Assembly (NCBI GenBank): GCA_012295275.1
Contig: CM022666.1
Coordinates: forward strand, 3,720,001-3,784,000
DNA: 64,000 bases
Reading direction: 5' to 3'
Source: Chrysomallon squamiferum
Lineage: Eukaryota > Animalia > Mollusca
The stretch's first letter is position 1; every line of letters begins with the position of its first letter. The translations under genes were made by a program, and so were the position numbers. Below are positions 15,401 through 30,187 of this stretch, piece by piece. Under the pieces are notes generated by a model. That model searched no databases and was not told where the DNA came from. It saw nothing but the letters and a program-made list of their open reading frames with translations.

Positions 15401-17599
15401 ACAGAAATGATTCCTTGTTTATTAACTGATAACATATCGTTTAGTATAATCATAATGAGTTTCTTTTCTCGTTTCTTCGATTAAATAAATAGAAGTACAC
15501 AGCTGACACCAAAAACCATCAAAATTCTGATGTGTTGTTGAATGAACTTTTATTTATTTATTTATTTTCTCACTTTACTCATTTCCATCCCTTTTTAATT
15601 TCTTTGTCTTTTTTTTTCTCTATTTATCCATCTGCCTATTTATCTATATATCTTTGTATCTATCTCTCTATATGTATGTACTATTACTACTATTACTTTA
15701 ACTATCTCTGATAATGCTTATATTAGTAAATCACAAGTTCGTTACTGTTACAGATACAATAGTAGTGTTTTGTCACTGGTATGTATGTGTGTATAGATAG
15801 ATAGATACATGTGTGTGTATGTGTGTGTGTGTAGGTGAGTGGGTAGGTGAGTGTGTCTTATCTTATTCTCTCTCTTGTATATTATTTATTACAATTCCCA
15901 TCGTGTTGGTATATTGAAAATAAAAATAAAAACACTTAAACAAAATTATATCTACCATTAGCACAGGGTTTTCTTCTTCATTTTGGTTAAAAGCCCTAAA
16001 ACGAAGACCAAAAAGAAAAATGTGCTGACCATTCAACTGTTCCGGAGTAATACGAAAAATCCATTCCTCTTAATTAAAATCAACACAGTATTTCTAGCCG
16101 GTGCTCTTTAAGGAAGGAGGAATTGAATCTAATAAAACAAAAGCTTCCTGTGGCTTGATATTCCGTGAATTACGCTTTCAGGAAATGATGTAGGTCACCA
16201 TGTGGTCTACTTCCGATTCAGATGATCAGTCACAGACTCATCTATCATACCGGAAGTGTCACTGACTTTTGGTCATTCGAGGCAATTGCTCCGGAAGCCG
16301 TATTGTGATCGAAGTTCCCTTTTGCTACGATGGAAATAAAACGAATTGGACAGCGAGATTGATTGTCGCCATTTTGGGTAAACAAAAAGATATTTCTTGA
16401 TGGGGACAAGAGTTCCTCTATCGAGCTGCTGTTCGCTATTCACGTCAGCTGAAGACTAAATTTGACAGAAATGATACAAAACGGTTTCGTCTTGATTCAT
16501 GTTCTCCATTCATTCTGTCATTTCCATTTTATATTTCCTCTGTGCAAAAAAAAAAAGAATTGAATAAGAGATTGGCAGTACAAAGAACATAAACCAGTTC
16601 TTGTAAGACATTTTGAAAAGACAGAAAAAGTTAATATAAGGGCAATGACCAGAAAGTAGAAATATTCCCCAAACTTCATTTTATTGCAGATGTGCGCATG
16701 CGTAGATGTTTATGCTTGCATGACAGTATAATCACACGTTGAGGAACAGGTTTTGTGTATACAATACGCACAGTTATTTGTTTACAAGAAAATAAAAAAT
16801 ATTTTGGATTTGAATATATATATCACAACATCATATTAACAAAACACAACAACGACTACTATTGTCATCAATTCCATTACTGCAGCTACAAATACTGATA
16901 TACTACTATAACTACTATAACTACTATGACTACTTCCACTACTTACTATTAATACTACTACTACTACTACTACTACTACTACAACCAGTCTACTATTCCT
17001 ACAAATATTAATACTTTTACTACAACTGCTACTACTACTTATTTTTCTATTACTTCCACAACTATTACAACGCCTACTATTACTACTATTACTTTAACTA
17101 TCTCTGATAGTGCTTATATTAGTAAATCGCAAGTTCGTTACTGTTACATCTACAATAGTAGCGTTTTATCACTAGTTTTTAGTGCTGTTACTTCTGCTAC
17201 TACTATCATTATTATTATTACCATTACCGCTCCTGCTATTACTTCTGGCTTGGAACAAAAGTTCGGAGCATTTTTCAAAAGGTGGCGTTTTGAGCACGTG
17301 ATTTCGTTTCACATATGAAAGATATGACAGATATACGTATTCTGAAAATTGATCAGAATGGAACATATGTGGCTGAATAAATCTATATACATGCGTATAA
17401 ATATTACATTTGACTTTCACGTAAAAAAAAAAGACTGAGAACATTTGTTCAAACCTAATGCTATCATTACCATCATTACTAAAGCTCTACTACCATTTCT
17501 ATTGCTGCAACATTATTATTACGATTAGTAGCAACCATTACTATCACTTGCCACAACTACAAAACTAGTAGTTGAAGTATTGTATTTCTTCAGTACCAT

Positions 17600-17660
17600 T
17601 ACCACTACTGCTACTACTAATAATAATAATAACAACAACAACAACAACAATAGTAATAGC

Positions 17661-17692
<32 letters not shown>

Positions 17693-17792
17693 GTAGTAGT
17701 AATACTACTAATAATAATAGTAATAATAATAATAGTAATACTAATAATAATAATAGTAATAATAATAATAATAATAATAGTAATACTACTCC

Positions 17793-17843
<51 letters not shown>
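17600..17843. repeat. (AAT)n trinucleotide tract
   Basis: Direct inspection. Confidence 0.95.
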
Positions 17844-17844
<1 letters not shown>

Positions 17845-20591
17845 TTTTACTTCACGACAGTAACACTACCAGTCTAAAATTTCTTGGATAACATATTTTC
17901 GGAGTGCATCACGGGAACGGACGACTATTTGCGTATTTACGCCGGAAGTGATACAACGGAAGTGATACGTCTAGATGGTGCAATTAATAAGTCTTAGGAC
18001 CAATAAGACGGTGTCATCCGATTCGACCTTTCCGAAAACAAAACCTAAGTAGATTTCCCATTTCCCCACCCATCGGCTGCTTGACTTTTAAGAAAGTCGC
18101 CGAGGGGTGCCGTGTGGGTGTTAATAACAATAATTGGTTTTCTCTCCCGAAGAGTGACCTTTGCCAACAAAGGGGAGACAAACAAAGAAAGAGATAACTT
18201 TCTTGATATTGCCGTGCTATTAATTCAGCCTCGAGTGGTGCTGATCCCAGACCTTAAGTAAGTGGTTTTCAGCTGAAGCCAAGTTCGAGACTATTGGCGT
18301 GTGTGACTGTTATAAACCCATGTTCACATGATGGCGGTTCTGGGATCGGCTATCGTCCAGAACTAAAGCATGCTTTTATACAATAACAAACTAAATCCTT
18401 TATTTTTTTTTTTATAGCATAAGAATATATAAAAACTGTTTAGTGCTTTTTACTTAGTCTAGTAACGATTTTTGTTTATCTGTTAAAGATATTGTGAAAA
18501 AAAAAAAGGAACGTTTTATACTTAATTATCAGCAAAGGTTGGTGGTTAGTGATAAATAAAAAAAAAATTAATTTTGGTAATTGTCATAGGGCGTTATTTA
18601 ATTTAATTCCGTTCTATAACGCTTAAAGCATGAACGAAAGCAAAACAAAATTTAAAAAAAAAAAAAAAAAAGGTATATAAGTGATTTAAAAAATCTATTT
18701 AAATGTAAACAAACAAGTATTTCCCCGTCGTCCATTTATGTACACATTTTTTTTCATTGTACTTAAAGTTTGCATGATTTATTTTGTTCGTTTTCTAAAT
18801 ATATATTCCTTATAGAGAAGACGTATAGTATGGTTTTAAGGAAGTATTAGAAAGAATCTTCAGTACCCGCCACTGAATCTTCGTCATCATTCAGAGAAAA
18901 CAACACTAAACATAAATAAACGCCGTCAATCATCCAATCAGTGCTGTTGTTTCCCGTAACTGCAGAATTTTCCTGGCACGTGCATCTTCGCGCCTCTCGC
19001 GTATCTGTAGCAGAAATCTTGAAACAAAGTTACACCGAGAAAGAAGAAGAGGAAGAAGAAAAGAGAAAAAAAAAAAAAAAAAAAAAAAAATGTTTTCGTT
19101 CTAATAATAGTCGCTAACGGAGATACGATGTGTAAAAGTTGGCACCGTAGACGCGAAGGAGTAATCCCGAGTTCTACTGGGAAATGTTTAGCCAAAGGTC
19201 GAGTAGATATAGATAGACCCTTTCCTACGTCATCGTGTGACAGATGAGAGAGAGAAATAAATACATCATACAGCCTTCAGCTGTTTGTTGCCGTAACGTC
19301 GTGTACGCACAGGGCCAGAAGGACTGCAACGTAGTGGATTATAAGAAGTCGTATCCTTTCTCTCTTACACATATACGAAAGGGAATAACGTATAGTAGTA
19401 CATCCTGCAACCTTCAGGCAGTTTTGTTGGCGTAAAAAAAAATACCCTCGGAATTAAGCGAGAATAACCAAGAAAGCAGAGAACTGCAGTGTTAAAAGTT
19501 TTTTTTAATATTTTACCTGGTATGTTTGTCTGAGTAACCTCATCTTCAGAGCGAGTCTCAGATTGAAGGTTAAAGAGTCGCTGGATCGCGGAAATTATTT
19601 TACTTTTTGGTTTGGGATATATTCTACAAGTAATGAAATATATATATAGCTGTGTGCTGTTGGTGTAATATCACGTTGCCAAACAAGCCTAAAATCAAAC
19701 GACTTTGGAACACATCGTCTGATGGTTTTCTTGTTTGTTATTGTTCAAAATTCGTTTGTCTTTGGGAGAAGTGAGATATTAGAAGCACAGTATAGATTAC
19801 AGATCAAACAGAACGTAAGTCAGAGTACATACCAAAATCTTCAGACTATGTGGAAATAACATATGATGAAATTTCATCAGTAAACGTTAACTGAATTATT
19901 AAAAGTTTTTATGGTTCAGTTTTTTTTAAGATACCTTTTTTCATTCCATTCTTAAAGTGAAGCAGAATCTTGTGCTAAATATATATATATATATATATTT
20001 ACAAAACTGCTGGGGTGTTTTGTGGTGGGGTTCTTTTCCCCAGAAAAATATTTCTGATTAATAATTTGTTTATCATCGAAGGATGTAAAGTGATGAGAAT
20101 TTTTCTAAGTGTTTAAAGTATTTCTGTCTTCAGTGAAAATTTCATTAGATATACTTTTGATTAACTAAAACTAAAAAAAAAAAATGTTTTATCTCAAGTC
20201 GAGACAGACATTTAAAGAATGTTAAAGTTTCCTGACCAGGATTCAAATATTAAGTTTCATTATTCTTATCTGGAACAGGAAAAAAACAACAACTAAGAAG
20301 CTGTTTTTATTCTTCTACATTCGTACTGCTTATCAGAGATTTAAAATTTTTATTGGTATATATATTTTTTTCTTTAAATCCAACTACCAGTCGACGTCAG
20401 TTACTTCTTTGACTTTCAGAATTCTTCCTCAGAATTTCGCAAATATTTATTAACTTTCTGGTGCCATTTTCAACATTCATCTTCTTTTTCTATTCTTGTG
20501 CTTTTCGTGGAAAAAAAAAAAAAAAAAAGATGATGATGAGTTTAAAAAAAGTGACATTAAAAACATTTCAAGTTTGAGAAAGTCCTCTCTC

Positions 20592-20683
<92 letters not shown>

Positions 20684-20699
20684 AACGCATGGACACAGC

Positions 20700-20927
20700 G
20701 AGTACAGATGTTTAATCTCTGCTTTCACACAACGACCAATCAGACGTCGGCGGTGTTTGTGTTGTTATCTCTTCTTGGCTAGTCGTCTGCCGAGGCAGTG
20801 TAGCGAGAAACCGTGGAAAAGCACTATTCACTGTTAACCTTAGTACACGCCACACTCGCTCGCTCTCTCACTCTCTCTCACACACTCTTTCATGGATGAT
20901 TGGAAATGATTTACTAAAATTCAAAAG
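20700..20927 (+). promoter_or_regulatory. Candidate promoter and non-coding first exon
   Basis: CCAAT box (~20736) and CpG-rich unique sequence after a (CT)n tract; perfect donor AAG|gtaagt after 20927. Confidence 0.3.
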
Positions 20928-21831
20928 GTAAGTGTGTAAACATACTTCAGCATTATTTCTCCTTGTTTTTTTTTGTTTTTTTTTGTTTTGTTTGTTTATT
21001 TTATTATTATTTATTTGTTTTTTTTTTGTTTCTTTTGTTTGTTTTTCTTTCGTTCTGAACGTAATTCAACTAACTTGTGTTGCTGTTGAGAGAATTATTA
21101 CCACGATTGTAAATCCCTGTGCATTATTATTATTTTTTTTAAACACCACGCATGCACGCACACACATGCACACACACACACACACACACATATTACTTCT
21201 TTCTCTCTCTCTCTCCTTTTTTTTTTTTTTTTTTGTACACTCCTAACATTTACGTTCAAGAAACACTCATCGAGAAAAACCGTAGCGCGAAGACCTCTTG
21301 AGTTACTTGAAAAACCTTGCTCAGCTGAGCTTAGTTGTTTGTATACTTGTTGTCTATAACAATGACGGGTGGTGGTGAAGCAGAAGAAAAGAAAAAAACA
21401 ACAAAAAACAAAGATGGGAGTTTCTTTGGCGTGATGTGCATTTCTTATCAGCCTTAATTAACTCCGACTGGTTCTTGGTTGGACACCCGATCCCTACCAT
21501 AAATTTACTTAATAGGGAAGGTAAAACAGAAATGGGTGTACAGTGACGCTAGTTAAGGTAAACTAGTAATTTATTTGCATAGCAACATAGCTATAAACAG
21601 AAATAGATATTTAACTTGTGAACATGCCAGCATGCTCGTAAACCTAACTGTGTGTTTAATATTCACCTACCTACATGGTTGTAAGCAAGACCAGATAAGA
21701 ATTAAACTTAATACCCATAGCTATACAATTGTAAACAAAATAAAGATGAATATAAGTCTTGTTACCATAGCAACATCATTGTAAACAAATACAAATAAGT
21801 ATGTAAACTTACTGCCAACATCATCATCAAT

Positions 21832-21870
<39 letters not shown>

Positions 21871-22141
21871 TTGATTGATTGATAATAAAAGACTGGTTTG
21901 ACAATGTTAACATTATAAATAAGAAGTAAAACAGTTAACTTGAAATAGATTATATTTATATTTAGATTTAGATTATTTAGCAGAATCACCAAAAGCACTC
22001 TTTCAGTAACAACATACATAAACTGATTTTTGACTGCGTTCAAGTGCAGCTAGCCTTCACGTAATTAAATTAGCTAATATACAAAATATATTCATCTTCC
22101 CGTTCACATCACAACGTATGCAAATTAAACCTGACGTAATA

Positions 22142-22395
22142 TTCGTATTTGTAACGCGTGTTTATTTTCGTATTTGTAACGCGTGTTTATTTTCGTATTT
22201 GTAACGTGTGTGTTTGTTTTCCCATTGTTTCTGCACTGTGTTACACTTAACATCGAGGTATGCTATGCCGCTACTTTATTTATCTGCTTTATTTTCTGAC
22301 GACAAAACTGCACGTGCTTGCGACGAAAATAGTCTCTCGCTTTGTTATTGTTGATGACGAAACTGCACGTGCTCGTGACGAAAATAGTCTCTCTA
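22142..22395. repeat. Two small tandem duplications (24-bp unit x3; ~40-bp unit x2)
   Basis: ttcgtatttgtaacgcgtgtttat repeated, then aaactgcacgtgct.g.gacgaaaatagtctctc twice. Confidence 0.8.
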
Positions 22396-22999
22396 TTTTT
22401 ATTTATATTAATGAATAAAATAATAGTACACCAAGCTGCTTATCGTATTGAGCGGCGGATCTGGATACAAGGTTTCTTACGAGTCCCAAAGACTTTCTTG
22501 CGATTCTCGATAGGAATTTCTCTGTTTCAGTTATTTTTGTTATTTGCTGTACGCGAAGTAACGTTATGTGTTAAATTCTGTATACTTCTTTCTAACATTA
22601 AGTACCTTTACAACAGTAATAAGGCTTTGCTGTTTGCTTAATATAATGTAATATCACGTATTTTTCTAAACCAAATCTGCATAATGAGACCCCCATTCTA
22701 TTCACATTCGCCTGTAAACACCCCCTTTCGAATCGGTTATAAGCAGACTGATGTATTTTAATCAAATCAAACACACCATTAATAATGTCCTTATTTATAT
22801 ACGCTTATATAAATATGCCTTGGGTAACATATTAGCTATCTAGAAACAAGATAATTCAAGGACAATATCCATCCCCACTCCACCCCATCCAGTTAGCTAC
22901 CCGATGAAAACTCTTAGCTTTGATTTTAAAATATTTGTAATAGAAAGTGTTAGCTGTATCAAAAAAGCAAAACGTGGAATTTGCATTTTTGTGTCTCTG

Positions 23000-23445
23000 C
23001 ATTACTCGCTGTTTTTCGTACTTACTCGGTTTGTCTCGTTGTTACTCGCTGTTTCTCGTGATTACTCCTTCTTTATTTCTTTTCTTCTTTTTTTCCTCGT
23101 TGTTATTTGATCTTTCATGTGGTTTCTCAATTTTCTCACTGTTGATGGTAGTATTTCATTGTTGTTCAACGTTTCTCGTACCTACTCGGTATTTGTCGTT
23201 GTTACATTCGGTATGTCTCGTTATTAGACATTGTATTTCGTTATTTATCACTGGTTTTCATTCCTATTTGTTGTTATCCTAAGTGTTTCTTTAAAACTGA
23301 CAGTTATTCAGTATTTATCTCTGTTTCTTATGGTTATTCGGCGATTTTCTTTGTTAAATGCTGTTCTCCGGTTATTCTCGTTGTTAATCGCTGTTTTTCG
23401 GTTATTCTGGTTGTTAGTCGCTGTTTTTCGGTTATTCTCGTTAAT
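23000..23445. repeat. Degenerate 30-bp minisatellite (cggttattctcgttgttaatcgctgttttt)
   Basis: About 4 clear copies at 23337-23445 and diverged copies upstream. Confidence 0.7.
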
Positions 23446-23571
23446 TTTCTTAAACAGGCAAGAGTTTAAATTAGCAATTGTACTAATTTGTACTTATAAA
23501 TATTATAAATCATTAGATGTATCCGTATCATTGTTCTTGTTATTCTTATTGTTGTTGTTCTAGTTCTTCTT

Positions 23572-23602
<31 letters not shown>

Positions 23603-25341
23603 TTCTTCTTATTATTATTCTTATTATTTTATATTAGTAGTAGTAGTAGGGGCAGACATGATAATATTAGACATCGATGACGTCACATTTACGTATAAAA
23701 TATAAAATACAGTAACTAACTACTACTAGGTAGTACTACTAGGTTTGATAGTTATACGTAAAATATGACGTCATAGATATCTGATATTACCATATAGTAG
23801 TAGTTGTAGTAGTAGTGGAAGGTTTTGTAGTGATATAATAATAGGAGTAGTAGTTGTAGTAGTAGTAGTTGTGGTAGTAATAGTGATAGTAGTAGTGATA
23901 GTAGAAATTATAACGGTAACAGCACTGGTGAAAATAAAGAATAAAGCTTCTTTAAAATAAATGTAAAAAAAAAAAAAAAAAAAATATGTAAAAACGCAAG
24001 AACCGTAATCTCTCACTTGACGCTAAATCAGCCGGAAACCGTCGGAAACTAACGAACGGAGAGAATCGAGGGAAAAAAAACACTAGAATCGTTGAATGTC
24101 CGCTTGTCGCGGTCTCCGCAGGAGATGAGATGAAAAGAAATCGAAATCTAAAATTTCGTTGATTATTAATAATTTCCGCATTTGCCTTATTATGGTTGTT
24201 TTGGCAGCTTTGGCTGTAGTGCGGCTGAGATCGGTAATCAATGGGTACCGCGTGTAATCAGAAGGCGCGTACGTATGTTCGTGTTGAACTGGACGCAGGC
24301 TGCGGCTTAATTGTCCATTGATTTGCGTTCCGCTGGAATTTTTCTAATATGGATCTCGAGATGCTGATGCGAAATACTGACAAAGACGAAGACTGTCAGA
24401 AGAAAGGAAAAGAAGCCTAAAGAAAGGAGAAGGAGGGAAGATAATATAGAAGAATAAAGAAAAAAGGGAAGAAGGAGAAGTAAAGAATTGAAAGAAAGTA
24501 AAAGAAAGGAAAGAAGGGATAAAGAAATAAATAAAAAAAATTAATGCTAGGAGCGGAAAAAAAAAAAGAAGATGAAGAATGATAATTAATGGCAATAGTG
24601 ATGATTAGAGAAGGGAAGGTTAAATAAAGAAAGAAGAACGAATGAAGGAGATGAAAGAAGAAAGAACGAATGAAATAAGAAATGGTAAATAAATAAATAA
24701 AGAGAAAAATGGGAAGGGACATAGCAATTATAAATGAAAAAAATTGGAATAAAGAACGAAACAAGAAACAGAGGAGAAATAAGACGTGAAGAAATTAATA
24801 AACAAAATTAACAGATAAAAAAGAATAAACGAAAAGAAAGATTCAAAGGAGAGAGAAAAAAGAAGTTAATGTAATAAAGAAAAGAAAAGAATAATCAACC
24901 GAAAGAACAAAAAATGAACAGAAGAATGAATGAATTTTTTTTTTAACAATTAACAATCCAACGACAAAAAAAAATAATAATAATAATAAAAAAATAAAAA
25001 TAGTATATAAATAATTAGCCAAAAATATGTAGAAAGAAAACGAGCATGAACAAATAAATACCAAAAAAGTTTATAACAATAATTTAAAAATATATATGTA
25101 TATATACAGAAATCTGTTGACAGAGAGCAAACACGCTTCGACGGTTCGATATCTGGTGTCATACGAAAACACACTGTTTATCGCTATAAATACGTGCTGG
25201 CTGACAGAACTACGTCATTGCATAAACTAAAAAAAGGTTAACAACCTTAAAGATGTACTTGATGAAGGTTATATTAAAGACTAATCTATTTATATTTTTT
25301 ATATTTATTTTTACTTATATCTGTCTGTCTGTCTATCTGTC

Positions 25342-25383
<42 letters not shown>

Positions 25384-25759
25384 TATATATATGTGTGTAT
25401 GTATGTATGTATGTATATATTATTATTATTATTATTTAAAGAAAACCAATTAAAGTATAGATTTCAACGTCATCGTCCACTACAACATCATCATCATCAT
25501 TATTGTATCTTATTGTCCTAATATCCAAGGCATTGGTGATAAAAAATCATCATTCTAAATACTGAACTACAGTCTGCACCGTCAAACGTTTAGTTGATAA
25601 ATGTAAACTTATTTAAGACTGTATGTTATTATATGTGTTGTGACTTAGTTAAATTAACAAGTCATCATTCTAAATACTGAACTACAGTTTAATAATCAAA
25701 CGTTTAATTGATATTATTAAACTTATTTTATTATTATTATTATTATCATAGTATTATTA

Positions 25760-25839
<80 letters not shown>

Positions 25840-26339
25840 GGCCTGTACATTTTCAATAATATTATTATATGCACTAAAATGCACTCACACTAAGGTTATA
25901 AGAATATACTAGGTTTACGAGGGATTAACAACCATACTAAAATTTCAGCACCCTTTTTTTTTTTTTTTTTAAAGCTTAATACTTTTATTCACCCTTCTTC
26001 TTTCTTCTATATATTCTAAAACTTGAATTTCATTTTTTTTTTTTTTTTTAATGTATACATTTTAAAGACTCTGGCAGCGATAAACCTACCTGTTGCGCCT
26101 TTGCACTGGCGACGTACAAAGGGTTAACCGCCAGTTAAAGTGTCTGTTTCGGAGATGATTAATTACACTGGTGCCGCGTGACTGAAATTCTAAGCAGTGA
26201 ACCGCGCGACCCGCCTGTCGACAGGTTTCTACGGTTGTTTTAAAACCCCAGACACGTGTCAGTACAGTCGCTACACACTTTGAAACACTCTGCACGGACA
26301 TTCAGACTATTAATTATTTCCTTTCATGAGCTGACGTTA

Positions 26340-27150
26340 TTTTTACGTTATTTTTTGTTTTAGTGAACCTATTTCTTTTCTCCTTTTTTTACGTACTTTT
26401 TTAATGAATTTAGTTTCTTTACGTATTTTTCATGATGATTTTTTTTTTCAAAGCGTATTTTTAATGAATTTAGTTTATTTACGTATTTCATGAATTTATT
26501 TTTTCTTTGCGTATTTTTTTTTAATGAATTATTTTTAATGTTTCATTTACGTATTTCATTTCATTTTTTTTTCTATGCGTATTTTTAATGAATTATAGTT
26601 TCTTTACGTATTTCATGAATTTTTTTTTCAATGCGTATTTTTAATGAATTTATGATTTTTTTTTTTTTTGAACAGATTATTTACGTATTTCATGAATTTT
26701 TTTTTTTCGATGCGTACTTTTAATGAATTTATTTTCTTTAAATTTTTTCTGTATTCTTTTAAACGTAATGTGTAAAATTTTCTTTCTTTTACGTATTTAT
26801 TTCATGAACTTATTCGTTTTTACAAATTATTTCAGGAATTTATTTACGTATTTCATGAAATTATTTTCCTTACGTATTTTGTCATGAACATTTTTTATTT
26901 TGTATTCTTTCATGAACGTATTTACTTTCTGTGTTTTTCAATAATTCATTTTCTTTTCGAATTTTCATGAACTTATTGTTTACGTATTTCGTGCGTGAAC
27001 TTATTCTGTTTACAAATTATTTCCTGAACTTAACTACTTGGCGTAGTTCTACTTGAACGTATTCTTACGTATTTGTTTCATTTCTACTTGAACTTATATT
27101 TACGTATTCTTTTATGAACTTTAAATAATTTTTCAGAACGTATTTTTTCT
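26340..27150. repeat. Degenerate AT-rich array built on ttacgtattt-catgaa
   Basis: About a dozen TACGTA cores plus GCGTA variants, most followed by ATGAA, separated by T runs. Confidence 0.75.
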
Positions 27151-28283
27151 TTACAGTGTTGTTTCACGACAAATTTTTTACTTACTTTTACTGAAATATT
27201 TTACAATCTATTTACCAATTTAGCTACGACTTTAGGGTTTTGTTAAATTGTGATAATTCTCTGAAATGAAATATTCTCTGAAATTGCGATTATATTCTGT
27301 TAAAATCACGTACAGAAGCTTTTGTTGGGACAAGACAATACAGCTGAAGCACACATTACGTAGATTCAAGTAACAATAATTTCTTTATCTGTGTGGTAGT
27401 TTTTATTAAGTCATTTGTGTGTAATAAAGAGCTCAGTTTTGTGTTATCATACAATCATATATAATCCACGTAAGCATTGCCTAACTCAAACAGAAGCAAA
27501 TTTCTTATCGGCCTGTCTGTGTGATAATTAGTTTTGTGTTACTTCTGTGTGGCATAAAGTTTGATTTTCTGATATTAATGTAAATTAAAATACGTACACC
27601 AGTTTTGCAGTTGTGCTATCTATATAAATGAATCTAACGCGACCTAACTTTTTAAAAGTTATTTCTAGGTTTTACTAAAAATGAGTTAAAATCATTTCAT
27701 GAGGTTATGACATTCTTCTCGTACATCATAATAAATTAATCCAAGCACGCCACGCCTAACTTTAACACGAATTTTTTTTTTTTTTTTTTTTTTTTACAAT
27801 GGCGTGACTTTTTCTGTTTAAATCTGTTATATACCTACATATATCTGTTTCTGTATGTTATGTCTACCTGAATTAATCCACGTACGCCTTGCATATTTTT
27901 TTTTTTTTTTTTTTTTTTTAACTGCGTTTCTATTAAAATCAATTACACCAATTCCTATGTGCTATAAAAACTAAAGCAAGTACGCCTGGCGTATTTGCTG
28001 TGTTGCTGTGAAAATCAATTACAGCGATCTATGTCTTATGCCTACATATGTTTAATTCAAATAAGCCTTGTATAAACTTCTTCTTTTTATTATCATGTAC
28101 CTGTTAAAATCAGTTATAGTAAAAACATATATTAATCTAAGTATGTTGTTTTTTATTATTATTTTTTTTTTAAATATTTATTTATTTATTAATTTTTAAT
28201 TTATTTATTTATTTGTTTATAATATTATATATATACATACATTTTATTTATTTATTTATTTACCTATCTATCTATCTATCTAG

Positions 28284-28333
<50 letters not shown>

Positions 28334-29129
28334 GTCTGTCTATCTACCTATCTATCTATCTGTCTATCTATCTATCTATCTATTTATTAACATTAATTAC
28401 AGCAATTTCTATGTGCTACACCTACATATATCAAACTAGTGAACATCTTGCTTCACATACACATTTTATTTTTATTTTATTTTTTTTTTTTTTTAAACTT
28501 TATTTCTGTTAAAATCAGTACCGGCAACTTCGACGTGGTAGATCGTTCTGTTATGTTGGCGAGAGATTCGTTTTTTGTGTTTTTTTCTAGACGCAGAGTG
28601 AAAATTACTGCCGAGAAATGATCGAGTGCAGATGGTGGGGTTGCATGCCGAGTGATGGATGGGTTCAGGAGACGATTCTATGGTATGGCATTTAAATTAC
28701 CTGCATGAGATTCATGCTAAATATTATATTGTAGCGTTTGTGATCGAGGGTTTAAAAAAAACAACAACCCAACAACGTTGAGCTTGCACAACAACGTTCG
28801 TGTTATATCCAGTGCCTTGGTTCTTGATCTTGGCGTTGTGGTTGTTTTAGTCCTCGGGTTTCGTCTTTTGGAATACGTTTACGTGATTAGAAATGAAGTG
28901 GTGACTGTTGAATTACCCTGATGATGTCATCCTTAGAGTCTGTTTTTACGTAGTGAAATTAATAATGGTAGTAATAATAATAATAATAATAATAAAATAG
29001 AATAATGGTTGAAGTATGTCATCGGTTTCGTGCTTGCATAATAAGAAATGAAACGACTGTTGAAATGTCATATTAAGGCAGGCAGAACGGTATACATACA
29101 CAAACAACATGCTGCAGTAGATGACATAC

Positions 29130-29595
29130 ATTTACATATACATGCCTACAAACACACATACATACACATATACATATATACTTATGCACATATACATACA
29201 TACATACATACACAAACACACACACACATATATATATACACACATACATGGCTACAAACACATACACACACACATATATATATATAATCATAGACACATA
29301 CATACACACATACATACATACATATACACACACACACACACACATTTATACACACATACATGCCTACAAACAAATGCACACACACATATATATATATTCA
29401 TAGACACATACATACATACATATACTCACACCTACATACATATATACATGCACACATACATATATACATACATACATACATGACATACATGCATACATAT
29501 ATATATATACGTACATACATACATACATGAATACATGCATATATATATATATATATACATACGCGCACACACATATACAAACATACATATACATT
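29130..29595. repeat. (TACA)/(CA)/(TA) compound microsatellite
   Basis: Direct inspection. Confidence 0.9.
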
Positions 29596-30041
29596 TTTTC
29601 ATTATAAATCTATAACACTGATTTCATTTGAAATTACATATTCGATACAAGTATACTTTAAGATTACGCTGCAGTCTAATTTTGATCAAAGATTAAAAAA
29701 AAAGAAGATAAAATTCACTTTTTGTCAGATATTCACGTAATGCCAAAAGTGTTCCCTTATTATTTATGACAGCCATTTTGTCCTCCTGTTTTAAACGTGT
29801 CTTGGTTTAGTTAAACATGTGTCTACAAAAATAATGCACATTTTTGACATCTTGTCTTATCAAACGACGTTATCGACATTGTCATTCAAAATCGTTTTAA
29901 ATTCAGTCTTTATGTCTGCATGGGTGAACAGAATTTACAATGAGAAAGGGGTACGATGAGATGGGTGTCAGGTTTATACAAGGGTGCTAAAAAGGAAAAA
30001 AAAAAAAAAAAAAAAGAAAAAGAAAGAATGTATATCTGTCT

Positions 30042-30187
<146 letters not shown>

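Noticed and set aside
24370-24940. Purine-rich tract yielding Phe/Leu-rich minus-strand ORFs
   Set aside because: Low-complexity (GAAA-like) DNA.
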